Of a stretch of DNA of 64,000 nt, positions 1 to 9,588 are shown piece after piece (position 1 is the stretch's first letter; each line of letters opens with the position of its first letter). The translations under genes were made by a program, and so were the position numbers. The stretch lies in IMG/VR virus record IMGVR_UViG_3300002220_000425, positions 1,989 through 65,988 of that record; one strand, 5' to 3'. This DNA is from a virus (taxonomy: Duplodnaviria > Caudoviricetes). The notes beneath the pieces were generated by a model that saw only the letters and a program-made list of their open reading frames with translations, had not been told where the DNA came from and did no database searches.

Positions 1-129
1 TTGGATCTGGTGATTATCCGTGTTGAACGTGACGACGAATTGATCAGCGATCTTGAAAACCGCTTGAAGCAGTTCGTCGAAGTGATGGAAGCAAAACTCA
101 AGAAGATCAGGGCAAGGGTGAAAGCGTGA
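1..129 (+). CDS. C-terminal end of probable YqaJ/lambda-exonuclease-like protein (5' truncated by window)
   Basis: Frame 1 reads LDLVIIRVERDDELISDLENRLKQF...KA*, typical YqaJ C-terminus; its stop overlaps the start of the SSAP gene. Confidence 0.5.
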   Translation: MDLVIIRVERDDELISDLENRLKQFVEVMEAKLKKIRARVKA

Positions 130-746
130 GCGAGAAACCAGAGGCAGACAATTTGGCGTTGTGGCGCAAGGTCGAGAAAACAGACCCAGCGTTCACCAAA
201 GAAGCGAACAACGGTCGGTTCAAGTTCACCAACGTTGATCCGGCGTACCAGTGCCGTCAGGCTACAGAACTGTGGGGACCGTACGGCGACAAGTGGGGCC
301 TGTACAACCTTGACTTCACAACGCTTGCAAGCGATCCGCCGTCACTGATGTTGCAGGCTGACTTTGCGTATCCCGGCGGCATCGAGCAGTGCAGTTTCCC
401 TATCGCCGTTGACATGAAACTCAAGGCGGGCGACGACATTTGCAAGAAGCTTGTTACATCAGCGATCAGCAAGGCATTGTCCCGGCTTGGGTTTAGCGCG
501 GACGTGTACATGGGCAAGTTTGACGATGCTGCGTACGTCTCCGACCAGAAGATCCGGTCGAGCGAGCAGAAGGAGTTCATGACGAAAGCCCTTGCCCAGA
601 TCAAGAAGGCGACAACCGAAGCTGACCTTGATAAGTGTTCGTCCCGTGTGAACCAATTGATTGCCGGCGACACGCTGGACGAAGCAAATTGGCGTGAGTT
701 GCTCCGTGCGATTGCCGAGCGACGTGAAGCAATCCTGACCGTTTGA
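126..746 (+). CDS. Single-strand annealing protein, Rad52/Sak-like
   Basis: NLALWRKVEKTDPAFTK...VDPAYQ...ATELWGPYG.KWG and ISKALSRLGFSADVYMGKFDD..YV; follows an exonuclease-like gene. Confidence 0.7.
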   Translation: MSEKPEADNLALWRKVEKTDPAFTKEANNGRFKFTNVDPAYQCRQATELWGPYGDKWGLYNLDFTTLASDPPSLMLQADFAYPGGIEQCSFPIAVDMKLKAGDDICKKLVTSAISKALSRLGFSADVYMGKFDDAAYVSDQKIRSSEQKEFMTKALAQIKKATTEADLDKCSSRVNQLIAGDTLDEANWRELLRAIAERREAILTV

Positions 747-753
747 TTTTTCT

Positions 754-783
754 CCTGTAACGTTACAGGCTGAAACGTTTCAC
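754..783. promoter_or_regulatory. Tandem TGWAACGTTWCA palindromes (operator or parS-like)
   Basis: CCTGTAACGTTACAGG (754-769, perfect) followed by CTGAAACGTTTCAC (770-783), intergenic. Confidence 0.75.
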
Positions 784-802
784 CCTCCAACAGAGAGATC
801 CA

Positions 803-2164
803 GTGAGAGTTATTGAATACGAAGTGTTCCACATGATGGGCCTCAAACGCGCCAACCTGAAGATGCCTGACAACGGTATCGTTCTGTTTGGCGGCGAGAA
901 TGGGCATGGCAAGTCGCGATCGATCGACTCGCTGCTGATGGCGTTGTGTGGCAAGTCTGGCATGGATTGGCCGGATGTTGAGCTTGCGGAAGAAGATCGT
1001 GAAGGATGGGTTCGCGTCAAGCTGAGCGGCGATGCTGAACTGCACGACATGGCAGGGTTCACTGTTGAACTGCAACTGAAGAAGCGTCGTGGCAAGTCAA
1101 CGCTTGAGCGGTTCCGCGTTCTGGACTCCACCGGCGATGAGGCGGCAACCCCGCGAGACTTCCTGCAAAAGCTTTACAGCCTTCGTGCGTTAGACCCTCG
1201 TGCGTTGGAGAAAGCCAAGCCCGCTGAGCGTGTTAGGCTGATCAAAGAGTTGGTTGGGCTTGATTTCAGCGCGTTGGACGCTGAACGCGAAGAGGCTTAC
1301 AAGAAGCGAACGGAAGTCAACCGCGACGGCAAGATGTTGCAAGGGCGGCGTACCGGGATCACGTTCCCTGAAGACACTCCCGATGCACTGATTAGCGTTG
1401 TTGAGTTGGTGGACAAGAAAGACAAGGCGATGGCGCACAACCGTGGCGTCGAGGAAGCGGGCAAGAAGCTTGCCAAGCTTGAAGCCAATGATGCGAAGCT
1501 TGCCGAAGAGATTGCCAAGCTGGAAGAACGCTTGCGAGCACTCAAGGATTCACGTGTTGAAAATCAGGAAGCGATCATCCAACAGAAAGCTGTTGTTGAG
1601 AAGTCGCAAATGGTCGATGTCACCGACATTCAGGCGGCAATCGTCAACAGCGAAGCGGTCAACAAGGAAGTGGCCAAGAAGCTTGAGGCAATGCGTATCG
1701 ACAAAGAGTTGCATGCCCTTGAGGTCGAAAGCCAGAAGCTTACCGACAAGATTGCACGCATCGACAACGAGAAGCAGCGGCGATTGGAGTCTGCCAAGTG
1801 GCCGTTACCAAACATGTCGCTTGATGATTCGGGCGTGTTGCTTGACGGGCTCCCGTTTGAGCAGGCCAGCGCAGCACAGCGGTTGATTGCCAGCGTCAAG
1901 GTCGGCATGGCGTTGAACCCCAAGCTGAAGTTGTTTGTTTCGAAGGACGGCAACGACTTGGATAACAACACGTTGCTTGAGCTTGACAAGATCCTCAAAG
2001 AGAACGGCTACCAGATGATTCTGGAGTTCGTCACTCGCAGCAATGCGGACGAATCGCGGTGTGCGGTGGTGTTCAAAAATGGAACGCAGGTTGGCTTGGC
2101 TGAGGAACCTGAGTTTGATGACGTTTCAGTGGACGCAGAGCAGGGCGGTTCTGAGGCAGAGTAG
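803..2164 (+). CDS. SMC/Rad50-like coiled-coil ATPase
   Basis: Walker A GENGHGKS near N-terminus, long central coiled coil, degenerate signature ASAAQR and C-terminal KDGNDLD. Confidence 0.8.
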   Translation: MRVIEYEVFHMMGLKRANLKMPDNGIVLFGGENGHGKSRSIDSLLMALCGKSGMDWPDVELAEEDREGWVRVKLSGDAELHDMAGFTVELQLKKRRGKSTLERFRVLDSTGDEAATPRDFLQKLYSLRALDPRALEKAKPAERVRLIKELVGLDFSALDAEREEAYKKRTEVNRDGKMLQGRRTGITFPEDTPDALISVVELVDKKDKAMAHNRGVEEAGKKLAKLEANDAKLAEEIAKLEERLRALKDSRVENQEAIIQQKAVVEKSQMVDVTDIQAAIVNSEAVNKEVAKKLEAMRIDKELHALEVESQKLTDKIARIDNEKQRRLESAKWPLPNMSLDDSGVLLDGLPFEQASAAQRLIASVKVGMALNPKLKLFVSKDGNDLDNNTLLELDKILKENGYQMILEFVTRSNADESRCAVVFKNGTQVGLAEEPEFDDVSVDAEQGGSEAE

Positions 2165-2245
2165 TTGCTTGAGGCTACTTTGCCGGGGAGTTGGGGGAAG
2201 CCAGTCATGGGCAAGATGCTCATGACTGGATTTTGAAAGGAACAC

Positions 2246-3151
2246 ATGAACGCTGACGACATCATTATCGACCCTGAGTTTGAAGCCCTGTTGCCATACG
2301 GCGACAAGACAGAGGACTCACTACTTGAGCAATCTGTGGTGGATTCAAAAGGCCCCACCGACCCACTGGTGTTGTGGGGAGACTCAAACATCCTCATTGA
2401 CGGACACCGCAGGCTGAAGATCTGCAAGCTTCACGGGTTGCCGTTCAAGACGATCAGCGAGCCGCTTGAAACGCGGGAGGCTGTGAAGGTGTGGATGCTC
2501 ACGAAACAGCTTTCGCGACGAAACCTACGCGACACGTCGAAACATCGCCTTGTGCGTGAACTGTACGACCGCATTCGCAGCGAGCGCGAAGGTCGCGACG
2601 GCAACGCGGCGGACAAGATTGCCGAAGTGATGGGCACAACCAGGCGAACCGTTTATCGGCACTTGGAAACGCAACGCAAAATCGAAACGCTCATACCTGA
2701 CTGGCAAGTGCAGGCCGAGCGATCGAGCATACCCAAGACTTTGATCAGTGAGTTAAGCAAGCATTCGCCAGAGGACCAACAGATACTCATTGACGAGTGC
2801 ATATCGGACGGGCAGTTAAATCACTATGTGGTAGTCGGCAAGCTTCGCGAATCGCTTGGCATTAAGGTAAAGAAAACACACAACCCGCCGCTAACCGTGT
2901 TTGCCGGCGAGGATGACCAAAAGCCTGCCCGCGACAAGCCAGGCAGAGCGACCAAGAAGCAAATTGCCGCGAAGATCGAAGAGTGCCGCAAGTCGTTTGC
3001 GCAAACCAAGAAACTCGCTGAGGAACTGACCGGCAAATACTACTTAGATTCTGGCATTATGCGGGAGCGAATGCTCGTGAGCATGTCGAAGCTCCAGCAA
3101 TGCCTGAAGTTCTTGGCCGACAACGCTTACAAGAGGCCAGGAATCAAGTGA
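2246..3151 (+). CDS. ParB N-terminal domain plus HTH protein
   Basis: PLVLW..NILIDGHRRL, QLSRRNL, HTH AADKIAEVMGTTRRTVYRHL. Confidence 0.75.
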   Translation: MNADDIIIDPEFEALLPYGDKTEDSLLEQSVVDSKGPTDPLVLWGDSNILIDGHRRLKICKLHGLPFKTISEPLETREAVKVWMLTKQLSRRNLRDTSKHRLVRELYDRIRSEREGRDGNAADKIAEVMGTTRRTVYRHLETQRKIETLIPDWQVQAERSSIPKTLISELSKHSPEDQQILIDECISDGQLNHYVVVGKLRESLGIKVKKTHNPPLTVFAGEDDQKPARDKPGRATKKQIAAKIEECRKSFAQTKKLAEELTGKYYLDSGIMRERMLVSMSKLQQCLKFLADNAYKRPGIK

Positions 3152-3549
3152 GCCAATACCAGCCAGAAACGAAAGCTAAAGAACATGCGATACGTCGTGA
3201 TCTTGAACTGATACTGCTTGGAGCAGCGATCGGGAAGGGTGAAGCGCGACAACGCATTCTCGATGGCTTGCCGACAGGATTTGCAACTGCGGAGATTGGC
3301 GAGTTGATTGATGCAGTTAGAGCACAGAACGCAATCCCAATTGGGAAATGGCTTACGGACAGGAAGTGCAAGTGCGAGAAAGGAAAGGACTTCATACAGG
3401 TGATTCTGGATCGACTTGTTGAGTCGAACCAAAGGGAGAAGATCAGCGCAATCGTTACTGAGATTCAGTTTGCGTTGAAGCTTGAGTCGGTCGATGAGAT
3501 CAAGGCTCGAATCGTGTCGAAACTACAACAGATAGGAGAAATGCCATGA
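3148..3549 (+). CDS. Small protein resembling an isolated DnaB-helicase N-terminal domain
   Basis: GTG start overlaps the upstream TGA; ELILLGAAI...LPTGF...ELIDAV resembles the DnaB N-domain. Confidence 0.45.
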   Translation: MSQYQPETKAKEHAIRRDLELILLGAAIGKGEARQRILDGLPTGFATAEIGELIDAVRAQNAIPIGKWLTDRKCKCEKGKDFIQVILDRLVESNQREKISAIVTEIQFALKLESVDEIKARIVSKLQQIGEMP

Positions 3550-3809
3550 GCGGTGGATTTGAATTACGCGAAGGACAGGGAACGCTGTTCCGCAACAAGC
3601 AGAAGAAAGCCGAAAACCACCCTGACTATCGGGGCTCGTGCAAGATCAATGGCGTGATCTTTGAGATCGGCGGCTGGATCAAACAACCCAAGAACGGAGG
3701 CGATTCTTTCATATCCTTTCGATTTGAAGAAAAGCAAGATCAACCACCAAAGGACAGGCAGATCGATCGAGGACAGAAGCAGCAGGCCAGGAGCGAAGAT
3801 CCTTTCTGA
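3546..3809 (+). CDS. Small SSB-like / DUF736-like protein
   Basis: GTLFRNKQK..NHPDYRG..KING..EIGGWIK..GDSFISF, acidic tail ending EDPF. Confidence 0.55.
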   Translation: MSGGFELREGQGTLFRNKQKKAENHPDYRGSCKINGVIFEIGGWIKQPKNGGDSFISFRFEEKQDQPPKDRQIDRGQKQQARSEDPF

Positions 3810-3940
3810 ACCTGTTGAGACGTGCTGCGGATACGCAAGCAATTGGATTGAGGAACCGGACAAAGATCGATCCGGTTGGATTCGCACTGAATGTATGTGC
3901 GGCAAGTTTATTGGCTACCGACCAAACCTGAAAGCAAAAC

Positions 3941-4894
3941 ATGACCAAGCCGATAGTGAAGCGGATTAAGATATCCGAGATCGTAAACGACATTGACCTA
4001 CAATCGCGAGTGTCGATCGATTCGGCAACCGTCGAAGAGTACGCCCAGGTTGATGATAAGAACTTCCCGCCGATCATCGTGTTCAAAGAGATCGTCGAGT
4101 TGGACAGTGAACTGTTCTGGCTTGGCGACGGATGGCACAGGCTACTCGCAGCGATAAAGCGAGGGCAGAAGGACATCTCTTGTGAGATCCGCGATGGCGA
4201 CCGCCGCGATGCGTTACTGTTCTCGTGCGGCGCGAACGCTACCCACGGATTGAATCGAACCACTGCCGACAAGCGACGAGCGGTAAAGCGGTTGCTTGTA
4301 GATGGCGAATGGAGCAAGTGGAGCAGTGCGGCGATTGCATCGGCGGCATCGGTCAGCACTCCGTTTGTTGCGTCTGTCCGAACGGAAATGGAGAAGGACG
4401 GCAGCACACCAGAAGCATCCACACGCATGGGCCGGGATGGCAAGCAATACCCTGCAAAGCTTCCGCCGAAACGTGACAGCGAATCACGTAACAGCCCGCA
4501 ACCAATCAGCCCGATCCGCGACAAGTCGGTGATTCCACCATCGCCCAAGAAACCTAGTGTCGCTCCGGTCGATGCGGACATGCCAGAGCGGTACGAGGAC
4601 AACGAAGGGAATGAGGTGCCTGAAACGTTGTACCCTGTTTGGCAGCGGCTTGACGACTACATGCGAATCTCCAACCGGATTCGTGAATCGGGCGTTACAG
4701 AGGCATTGGCAGAGCTTAAAGCGATCGGCGTCGAGCTTGGCGACAAAGACACGATTGCGTTTGCGGACGAAGCGATTGAGAAGATTCGTTTGATCGTCAA
4801 CGGCGTGAAGCAGCGAGCCCCCGCGTTTGTTCGTGGCGAGGGCTGGAGTTCGCTTTACACCGAGTTCATGGAGTCAGGTGAGTCTGATGAGTGA
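3941..4894 (+). CDS. Second ParB/Srx-like protein with HTH
   Basis: LQSRVSID..TVEEYA, FPPIIVF, LGDGWHRLLA, ANATHGLNRTTADKRRAV, HTH WSSAAIA..ASVS..FV. Confidence 0.75.
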   Translation: MTKPIVKRIKISEIVNDIDLQSRVSIDSATVEEYAQVDDKNFPPIIVFKEIVELDSELFWLGDGWHRLLAAIKRGQKDISCEIRDGDRRDALLFSCGANATHGLNRTTADKRRAVKRLLVDGEWSKWSSAAIASAASVSTPFVASVRTEMEKDGSTPEASTRMGRDGKQYPAKLPPKRDSESRNSPQPISPIRDKSVIPPSPKKPSVAPVDADMPERYEDNEGNEVPETLYPVWQRLDDYMRISNRIRESGVTEALAELKAIGVELGDKDTIAFADEAIEKIRLIVNGVKQRAPAFVRGEGWSSLYTEFMESGESDE

Positions 4895-6464
4895 AGTCTA
4901 CTCCGATCGCGATTACCAGATTCGCACTTACAAGCAGGTCGCACAAGCTTGGCATGAAGGGCACCGCCGAATCATTTGTTGCCTTCCAACGGGAGGCGGC
5001 AAGGGACGGATGGCAGCGAGAAAGCTCCAGATGAGTGCAGCCAAGGGGCGTGAATCGATTTTCTTTGCCGATCAGCGTGAGTTGATTAACCAGATCGCGA
5101 ACCACTTGAACACACTGGGCACACCGTACCGAACGATCATGAGCGGCGTTGAGGATGAATACCAAACCGCCGAGGAACACTTGGCAGCGCAGCAGTGTTG
5201 TTTGGTCGCGAAGGATACGCTTTGGGCTCGTGCCATGCGAACCAACAAGATCGAGCTTCCAGCGGCAGACGTGATCCACATTGACGAATGCCACAAGAGC
5301 CTGAGCAGGACTTACCAAACGCTATTGGAGAAGTACCCCAATGCAACCGTTATTGGATGGACTGCAACGCCTTGCCGAAGCGACAACAAGCCGTTGGGAA
5401 CGTTCTATACCAAGCTGATTCAGGCAGCGACGTATGAGGAACTGCAACGCAATGGGTTCTTGGTTCCGGTCAGGGTGATTGCACCAAGCCGACCAGACTT
5501 GAAGGGCTGCAAGGTGAGTCGCGGCGACTATGCCAAGGGCGATCTTGAAAAGCGAATGAACCGGGACGAGATGGTAGGTTCAATCGTCAAGGAATGGCGG
5601 AAACATTCGGACGGTCGATCGACAGTGTTGTTTGCTGCGGGGATCTCCCACAGCGTTCATTGCCGCAACGAGTTCAGAGCGATCGGTGTGACCGCCGAAC
5701 ACCTTGACGGAACGATGGAAGCATCCGAGCGCGAGGACATTCTAGGGCGTGTCGCAGACGGCAAGGTGCGAGTGCTTTGCAACTATGGGGTAGCCACAAC
5801 CGGCGTGGACGTTCCCGCGTGGAAGTACATGATTTGTGCAAGGCCAACCAAGTCGTTCAGTTTGTTCAGGCAGATGGGCGGGCGGATCCAGCGGCCATAT
5901 CCAGGTCACGACCATTGCATGATCCAAGACCACTCGGACAACTGCATCATCTTCGGACACCCCGACGAGGACGTTGAATGGGACATCGACGGCGAAGAGG
6001 ACCAGGGCAAGAAGCACGCGGAACGCATGAAGAAGCCCAAGGACGGCGACAAGGAACCTCGTGAACCGTACACATGCCCGTCATGCTCAACGCAGTATCG
6101 CGGTCCCCATTGTCCAGCGTGCGGCGCGAAGCGGGAACGCAAACCTGAAGAGGTCAAGATGACCAAGGGCGAACTGCAAGAACTGGAACGCAAGAAAGCA
6201 AACCGGGCTGCAACGTTAATGGACAAGCAGAAGCATTGGGACGAATGTTTGGGGTGGGCGGTCGGTACAAACAAACTCGTGGGCGCTGCGGCTCATCGCT
6301 ACAAGGAAAGGTTCGGCGTGTTCCCCAACAGCGAGATCCAGAACGTGCCGCGTTCATCGCAATGGAAGATGAAGGGCAAAGACTTCTACATGCAACACGT
6401 GAAACCAGAACTTGAACGCGCCAAGCGTCAGGCGGCTTACGAAGGGGCTGGTGAGTTATTTTGA
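4887..6464 (+). CDS. SF2 DEAD/DEAH-type helicase (RadD/YejH-like) with Zn ribbon
   Basis: LPTGGGKG, HIDECH, WTATP, TGVDVP, QMGGRIQRP, CPSC/CPAC; probable start MSEVY at 4887. Confidence 0.9.
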   Translation: MSEVYSDRDYQIRTYKQVAQAWHEGHRRIICCLPTGGGKGRMAARKLQMSAAKGRESIFFADQRELINQIANHLNTLGTPYRTIMSGVEDEYQTAEEHLAAQQCCLVAKDTLWARAMRTNKIELPAADVIHIDECHKSLSRTYQTLLEKYPNATVIGWTATPCRSDNKPLGTFYTKLIQAATYEELQRNGFLVPVRVIAPSRPDLKGCKVSRGDYAKGDLEKRMNRDEMVGSIVKEWRKHSDGRSTVLFAAGISHSVHCRNEFRAIGVTAEHLDGTMEASEREDILGRVADGKVRVLCNYGVATTGVDVPAWKYMICARPTKSFSLFRQMGGRIQRPYPGHDHCMIQDHSDNCIIFGHPDEDVEWDIDGEEDQGKKHAERMKKPKDGDKEPREPYTCPSCSTQYRGPHCPACGAKRERKPEEVKMTKGELQELERKKANRAATLMDKQKHWDECLGWAVGTNKLVGAAAHRYKERFGVFPNSEIQNVPRSSQWKMKGKDFYMQHVKPELERAKRQAAYEGAGELF

Positions 6465-6859
6465 AACGATCAAGCCTAAAACGTTACAGCCTGAAACGTT
6501 CGCAGCGTGAGGCTGAAGCCAAGCCGTTTCGCGATGGGCTCATTGCCAAAGTCGGCTACTGCGAGAAGTGCGGAGTGGCAGGCCAAGGCAATGGCCACCC
6601 CAATGCAAGGCTTTGCGTGCATGAGATTGCCAACGGTCCATTGCGACAGAAGGCACTTGATCAACCGTATGCCGTGCTGGTGTTGTGCTGGCCCTGCAAC
6701 GGATTGGCCACAGACAAGGGCACTTGGCCGGAAGCCGAGCAGCTTGCGTGTTTGAAGATCAACCGCCCCGAGGACTATGACCTCAAAGCATACAACCGAT
6801 TGGTGAACGAGAGAGCACCGAATCGGATCACTGAAGAAGAAGTCGATCAATTCACTTAG
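6461..6859 (+). CDS. HNH/NinG-like Zn-binding protein
   Basis: MKRSSLKR N-terminus, CEKCG, CVHEI, LCWPCN. Confidence 0.55.
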   Translation: MKRSSLKRYSLKRSQREAEAKPFRDGLIAKVGYCEKCGVAGQGNGHPNARLCVHEIANGPLRQKALDQPYAVLVLCWPCNGLATDKGTWPEAEQLACLKINRPEDYDLKAYNRLVNERAPNRITEEEVDQFT

Positions 6860-6866
6860 GACAATC

Positions 6867-7070
6867 ATGAACCCACAAAAGCCAGTCAATTTCCCATTGC
6901 GTCTTCCCCGTTCGATCGACACCACGTTGCGACAAGAGGCGAACCGTGATGGGGTAAGTATCAACTCGGTGATCCTGATGCACTTGGCCCGATCGTTGGC
7001 GATGAAGGCGACACAGGCAACGAAGGTTCCGAGAACCCGGCAGAGAACCACCCCCAAAGACGGCAAGTGA
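6867..7070 (+). CDS. Arc-like ribbon-helix-helix regulator
   Basis: FPLRLPRSIDTTLRQEANRDGVSINSVILMHL. Confidence 0.75.
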   Translation: MNPQKPVNFPLRLPRSIDTTLRQEANRDGVSINSVILMHLARSLAMKATQATKVPRTRQRTTPKDGK

Positions 7071-7071
7071 G

Positions 7072-7257
7072 ATGCTGCTAACGGTCAAAGAAGTTGCCGA
7101 TCATTACCGTGTTTCCCAAGACACGGTACGCAAGTGGATACGTGAGAAGCGTATTGAGTATCTGAACGTCGGTCGCGGTAAACGGGCGACGTATCGGATA
7201 CCGAAGGATGCAGTGCTTGGCAGGCGTGTTGCCAGGCCGATTGAAGAGATCGTTTAA
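7072..7257 (+). CDS. xis: Excisionase-like winged HTH
   Basis: LLTVKEVADHYRVSQDTVRKWIREKRI...YRIP; close to and convergent with the integrase. Confidence 0.75.
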   Translation: MLLTVKEVADHYRVSQDTVRKWIREKRIEYLNVGRGKRATYRIPKDAVLGRRVARPIEEIV

Positions 7258-7310
7258 CGCTCGGGTTTACCGGGCACGAGCAAATAAATTAACCATAAGG
7301 AAAGATCAGA

Positions 7311-7595
7311 ATGAGTGCTCCGGTACAACCCGTTGTTCCCCGTCCCGGTATCGGCAATTCGTCGGTTCAGTTGAGCATCGACAGAATCAAGCAGTGTGAC
7401 CCGCACGACAATACGTTCAACGAATTCGTGCTAGACAACGACGCGAAAAAGGTTGTGATCTTTCTTGAGCAGTTGCACGAACGAGCGGCGGATTTGGTTA
7501 GGTCGATCGACAATTGGCGAAACGTCCAGCCGGTCAATCCGCAAGTTCAGCAAGACGTAGAACGATTGCGAGACTGTACGGTGTTTCGGGCGTAG
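7311..7595 (+). CDS. Hypothetical protein
   Basis: 94-aa ORF with upstream AAGGAAAG; converges on the integrase. Confidence 0.5.
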   Translation: MSAPVQPVVPRPGIGNSSVQLSIDRIKQCDPHDNTFNEFVLDNDAKKVVIFLEQLHERAADLVRSIDNWRNVQPVNPQVQQDVERLRDCTVFRA

Positions 7596-7613
7596 GGTAC
7601 GGGGAACAAGTAA

Positions 7614-8750
7614 TTATCCGGCGCCGCGCCGGTTTATTCTCCCAAACAGCCAATCCCTGACCGTATTGGCTGCAAGCAGCAATCGGTGATCGTGTACCAT
7701 CTCCCGGTACACTCCACCCATCGTTTCATCGACGTGCCCCATGATGTAGTTTACGGCAACTTGATCCTTACACGCGCCCGCTTCTGTCTCGAATGTGTGC
7801 CGCAACCAGTAGAACCCGCCTGCTTTGATGCAGGCCGCTTGGCGTACCGCACGGAACCGCTTGCTGATGTCCCCGTTGGATTCGCTGAACTGCTTGCCGT
7901 TCGCACGCACGAAGGCGTACTTGAGTTCTGTCTTGGGACGGCGATTGAGCGATGCAGACAGGGCTTCCCGCGTTTCAGGCCACAGCGGGCAGCGGCGGTC
8001 AACTTCTGTCTTGGGGCGTGGATAGTCGATCCATCCGGTCTTCACTGCTTTGGTTGCCACTGACAGCGGAAGCTCGTTGATGTCGTTGTTGCCGAAAGCG
8101 CAGTTGATCCCCAGCAGCAGCATCGCCTTGAAGTGAACGCCGGATTCGTCCAGCAGCAAATGAATCTGCTCTGGCGTGAACAGCATCTCGTCGCGTGTTC
8201 TGCGATGACGGCGAACCACCTTGGAGCTTGGCTTGCGGAAGTCGGTGCCGGTGTCGATCGTCGCAATCTTCTTGTTGGCAGCAAGCCACTTGAGGATCGT
8301 CTTAACCCGGGTGATCTCGTTCCCAACGGAGATGACGTTGCAACTCTGCAACCTGCCAGCGCGGTACGCCTGGAAGTCTTCTGGCGTGAGGGTGGCAATC
8401 GCCCTGGCTCGGCCCCACATCGCAATGAGCCGCTTGGCTGTACGGCAGTAATCCTTGTATGTCCGATCGGAGAGGTGGCCTGAGTCGCGATCGTCGCGCT
8501 TGGCCAGTAGGAACAGGTTGCACGCATCAGACAGCGTAAGCGATAGCGTGGTGGATTCCGCGATGAACTTCTTGGACTTCTCGCCACCGTCCTTGGCGTA
8601 CGCTTCGTATTCACGCAACGCCCCGGGAGCATCTTCCCAGCGTCCAAAATAAATCAACTTTCCTTTGATTTTTTTGGCCCACTTGCCGGAATCGTGCGGG
8701 AAGAGAGGGAAGTCGGGGTACGGTTTCGGCGGCTTAGCTTTACCTTTCAC
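7614..8750 (-). CDS. int: Tyrosine integrase
   Basis: N-terminal arm domain KPPKPYPDFPLFPH..KWAKKIKGKLIYFG; YWLRHTF, IMGH, VYRE; adjacent to a tRNA 3' half. Confidence 0.93.
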   Translation of the reverse strand: MKGKAKPPKPYPDFPLFPHDSGKWAKKIKGKLIYFGRWEDAPGALREYEAYAKDGGEKSKKFIAESTTLSLTLSDACNLFLLAKRDDRDSGHLSDRTYKDYCRTAKRLIAMWGRARAIATLTPEDFQAYRAGRLQSCNVISVGNEITRVKTILKWLAANKKIATIDTGTDFRKPSSKVVRRHRRTRDEMLFTPEQIHLLLDESGVHFKAMLLLGINCAFGNNDINELPLSVATKAVKTGWIDYPRPKTEVDRRCPLWPETREALSASLNRRPKTELKYAFVRANGKQFSESNGDISKRFRAVRQAACIKAGGFYWLRHTFETEAGACKDQVAVNYIMGHVDETMGGVYREMVHDHRLLLAANTVRDWLFGRINRRGAG

Positions 8751-8770
8751 TGTGGCACCACCTTGAGAGA

Positions 8771-9024
8771 TACACCACCGCTAAACCCGTCCGAAGTTTT
8801 GATGGTGTAGTAAGTGCCAAAAAAACGGAGAAAAAAGTACACCCGGCAGGATTCGAACCTGCAACCCTCGGTTCCGAAGACCGATGCCAGACGTTAGGAC
8901 TTCCAGCGTTTCCCGCTATTTGCCGACTCGGACAAAAATGACTAAACCCATTTGTTGCCGAAAATCGTGATATAGCCCGTGATATTACACCCACTTTACA
9001 CCACTACTCCTTGCAGATACACCA
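8771..9024. repeat. TACACC(A/C) repeats flanking the att core, candidate integrase arm sites
   Basis: Copies at 8771, 8803 (inverted), 8986, 8997, 9018. Confidence 0.55.
8838..8887 (-). other. attP core: 3' half of tRNA-Arg(UCG)
   Basis: Minus strand GCA-TCGGT-CTTCGGA-ACCGA-GGGTT-GCAGG-TTCGAAT-CCTGC-CGGGTGT-A; no 5' acceptor strand or D-arm upstream. Confidence 0.85.
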
Positions 9025-9298
9025 TTGCGTAATTCGTTGGTATGGATGGTTAATTAGTTCTCTAGAAAAAGTTAAAGCGATCGAAACGATTGAATTGACC
9101 AGACGTGTCACTGCGGGCGTTAAGATCCATGGAAACATTTACGCAGGGATGTACCAACCCCCACTTATCGCATGAGCCCCAATATGAAATCGTTTGAAGT
9201 AGACAGTGAGCGTGTTTCTTTCGCACTTGACGGATTCTCAAGCGAGACTCTCGTTCAACTGCGCAACGCTATTGAAGGCATTCTGGCGGCGCGTTCAA

Positions 9299-9568
9299 TC
9301 ACGCCTGGGAGCCAGCCTTCTGGACTTTGCTCTCAGTCTTGTGATTCGTCTCGATCTCAAGTGCAGAGCGAATTATCTCTTCTTTCAGATCCTTGCTGCC
9401 ATGACGAGCAAGAAAGAGCACCAAGCTCTTAAGATTGTGCGGATCGAAGCCCCGAGACTTCTCCGCATAGATCCTGTTCATTCCAGCCTTGAACGACTTG
9501 GATCCAAACTTACAAAGTTTGAAAATATCCTCGTAACCAAACTGGAACACTGCTTCAGGCTTTGCCAT
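9299..9568 (-). CDS. Small protein, possible HTH DNA-binding protein (repressor candidate)
   Basis: Start MAKPEA with GGAG SD; FGYEDIFKLCKFGSKSFKAGMNR is HTH-like; next to attP. Confidence 0.5.
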   Translation of the reverse strand: MAKPEAVFQFGYEDIFKLCKFGSKSFKAGMNRIYAEKSRGFDPHNLKSLVLFLARHGSKDLKEEIIRSALEIETNHKTESKVQKAGSQA

Positions 9569-9588
9569 TTTACTAACTCCAAGTGAAC

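Noticed and set aside
8838-8887. Functional tRNA-Arg gene
   Set aside because: 5' acceptor strand and D-arm are absent; better explained as the att core.
9172-9432. 86-aa plus-strand ORF near attP
   Set aside because: The 3' half overlaps the better-supported minus gene antisense and is Ser-rich; cannot be supported, though a short N-terminal peptide is not excluded.
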